The position numbers were made by a program, and so were the translations under genes. Under the pieces are notes generated by a model, which was given only the letters and a program-made list of their open reading frames with translations, was not told the DNA's origin and did not search any database. A stretch of 37,153 nucleotides of DNA from a virus (Duplodnaviria; Caudoviricetes), in the IMG/VR virus record IMGVR_UViG_3300048902_000094, positions 1 to 37,153 of that record. One strand, 5' to 3'. Shown here one piece after another: positions 35,257 to 37,153 of the stretch. The stretch's first letter is position 1; every line of letters starts with the position of its first letter.

Positions 35257-37153
35257 ATGGCCGAGCAGCCTCCGTTGTCGCGCGAAGAACTGACCAACTA
35301 CCTGGGGAAGGCCACCCCGGGTTCGCAGGAATATGTCACCGCCAAACAGCTGCTCGACGCCATGCCGCCGGCGCCCGGTACGCCTGGCGCCCCGTCGCCG
35401 CCAACCTACAGCAGCGAGACTGGCATCAAGCCGTTTGGGCCGCCGGACATCAACTACCAGGCGCCGGTCGCAGACGTCCGCAGTTCGCTGGCACCGCTGC
35501 CGGAAGCCGATCGCACCGCCGGTCTGAACAAGTGGGCCGACATCCAGGAGCAGCAGCAGAACGCCCAAGGTGGGCCACTGCGTAAGCTCGGCGATATCAC
35601 CCGCAGTATTGTTCAGGGCACTCCGGCCGGCAACTGGCCCGATCGCGCCAACGCCTACGTCAGCTCCAAGCTGCCGGAATCCTATGGCGGCCGACCCTAC
35701 GATGAGGCGCTGGCCCTGCAGCAGGCGCGCAACCGCCGCAACCTGGCAGAGCACCCGGCCGAGACGCCGATACTCAACACCGTCGGTGCTGTCGCCACCG
35801 CGCCGCTCACCGCGCTGCGCGGCCTCGGCATTGGCTCGCTACTCGGCAACGTCGGGATCGACACCGCGGCCTCGGCAGTCCGTGGCGCCAGCCAGGCGCC
35901 GGATCTTCGCGATACCGGCGCGGTCGCCAAGGGCGCCGAGCAAGATGCCGGCATGACGCTGCCGTTCTCGTTAGCCGCCAACACGCTGGTCCGCAGCTTG
36001 GGTCCATATACGCAGGCAATTCCGGCGATCGCCCGCGCCGCCGAGGCGCTCGGCATCAAGCTGCCGTTCTTCGCCCAGGCCGAGAGCCCAGCCGTGCAGC
36101 AAGCCGGCCGGATCTATGCCCAGCACAATCTCAGCTCACCGCTCAACAAGGCCTGGACCGGCGCCAACACCGCCACCGAAACCAAAGCAGCCGACCTTGC
36201 CAACCGCGCCGCCGGGTCAACCGAAGTCGGATTAGCGCCCTATGCGGCCGGGTCGACCGTGAACCCGGCGCTACAAGGCTCGATCGATGCGGCCCAGGCC
36301 GAAAAGGGCCGGCTCAGCGATCAGATCACCAACCTACTCCCGCAATCGTCGGGGCCATCTGGGCAGGCGCCGCGCTTTGACTTCCCGGGTATGCGGAGCA
36401 CGACAGACGCAATGGTCCGCGAGCGGGTCGGCATGGGTAAGAGCCCAACCCAGGCCGAAGCTGGCCTTGGTGATCAACTCAGGTTCAGCAATCGGCCGCC
36501 TCCGACCGCACAGACGCAGGGGCCGTGGGGTCAAGCCGGCGGCTCAACCTGGCAGGAATCAGCGCACCACGCCACCGACCTGGGCCAACGCCTGGGGCAG
36601 TCGCCAATCCTGCCGCGCGAGGTCGACGACGCCCGCCTCGGCACAATCTACGCAGCACTGCGCGGCGACCAGCGCAGCATCATGCAGCAGCAGGGTTCGC
36701 CTGGCGCGCTGTCGGCATTCGACGCCAACGTGGCGCAGCAGAAGGCGATATCCGACGGCCAGCGGGCGCTCGGCGATGTCATGAAGGATCGCCCCGAGGC
36801 GGTGATCAACCTGGTTCACAACGCGGCCACGACCAAAGGCTCCGGTACCGACATCAACGCGCTCAATGCCGTGATCGGCGGCCTGGGCGCGGCCGAACGT
36901 CGTGTGTTAGGCGGCGGCGTGCTCGGCAAGATCGTCAACGATTCCGGCGGGTCACCGGCGAAGATCGCCAGCGCACTGGACGCCATGCCGGACAGCGCAC
37001 GCGCCATACTATTCCCGCCTGGCACCAGACTGGGCAGCGACGTCGACAACCTGCTCACGGTGTCGCGCCAGGTCGGCAACGTGAATAGTCTGCAGGCCGT
37101 CGGCTCGCACGCGACAGTGCCGAAGATGGACATCAAGGGGTATGGCGGCCTCG
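35257..37153 (+). CDS. Large putative ejection protein, partial (runs off window end)
   Basis: Not in the track because it has no stop. RBS AGGAGG, TAAATG junction; MAEQPPLSREELTNYLGKATPGSQEY...; Ala/Gly/Gln-rich and apparently open to the window end. Confidence 0.8.
   Translation, partial: MAEQPPLSREELTNYLGKATPGSQEYVTAKQLLDAMPPAPGTPGAPSPPTYSSETGIKPFGPPDINYQAPVADVRSSLAPLPEADRTAGLNKWADIQEQQQNAQGGPLRKLGDITRSIVQGTPAGNWPDRANAYVSSKLPESYGGRPYDEALALQQARNRRNLAEHPAETPILNTVGAVATAPLTALRGLGIGSLLGNVGIDTAASAVRGASQAPDLRDTGAVAKGAEQDAGMTLPFSLAANTLVRSLGPYTQAIPAIARAAEALGIKLPFFAQAESPAVQQAGRIYAQHNLSSPLNKAWTGANTATETKAADLANRAAGSTEVGLAPYAAGSTVNPALQGSIDAAQAEKGRLSDQITNLLPQSSGPSGQAPRFDFPGMRSTTDAMVRERVGMGKSPTQAEAGLGDQLRFSNRPPPTAQTQGPWGQAGGSTWQESAHHATDLGQRLGQSPILPREVDDARLGTIYAALRGDQRSIMQQQGSPGALSAFDANVAQQKAISDGQRALGDVMKDRPEAVINLVHNAATTKGSGTDINALNAVIGGLGAAERRVLGGGVLGKIVNDSGGSPAKIASALDAMPDSARAILFPPGTRLGSDVDNLLTVSRQVGNVNSLQAVGSHATVPKMDIKGYGGL

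Noticed and set aside
34039-35754. 571-aa minus-strand ORF and other long antisense ORFs (13856-15118, 26297-27289, 2051-2800, 3836-4558)
   Set aside because: These are shadow frames of high-GC3 genes on the opposite strand, with no recognisable motifs.
1-37153. tRNA/rRNA genes, integrase/att sites, alternative genetic code
   Set aside because: None were recognised. Genes tile densely under the standard code and use all three stop codons.

Overview
This window is a GC-rich segment of a tailed dsDNA phage genome with podovirus-like architecture. An alphaproteobacterial host is my inference from composition and gene content. From left to right: (1) a replication module with a family A DNA polymerase, an SSB-like protein and a DUF2800/Cas4-like nuclease on the minus strand, then divergent VRR-NUC and primase-helicase genes, followed by a symmetric origin-like region (~7980-8220); (2) a minus-strand block of small early-type genes, including a GP88-like protein, separated by repeated hairpins; (3) two overlapping TerS-like ORFs and a repeat-rich non-coding region that may be the packaging site or terminus (~11580-11910); (4) about 8.5 kb of tail-fibre/adhesin and small genes placed before TerL; (5) TerL, portal, scaffold, major capsid, an Acb2/Tad1-like sponge candidate, tail adaptor and nozzle, two tandem GNAT-like genes, three MGGK-starting genes with near-identical junction sequences, and probable ejection proteins running off the window end. 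I saw no tRNA, rRNA, CRISPR array, integrase or recognisable endolysin. The most notable items are the GNAT + MGGK/MC cassette, the sponge candidate behind the capsid gene, an apparent +1 frameshift at the start of the nozzle gene next to a 25-aa homing-endonuclease relic, and a 12-mer that brackets both the origin-like and packaging-like regions. All family assignments come from recognising motifs by eye, not from database searches.
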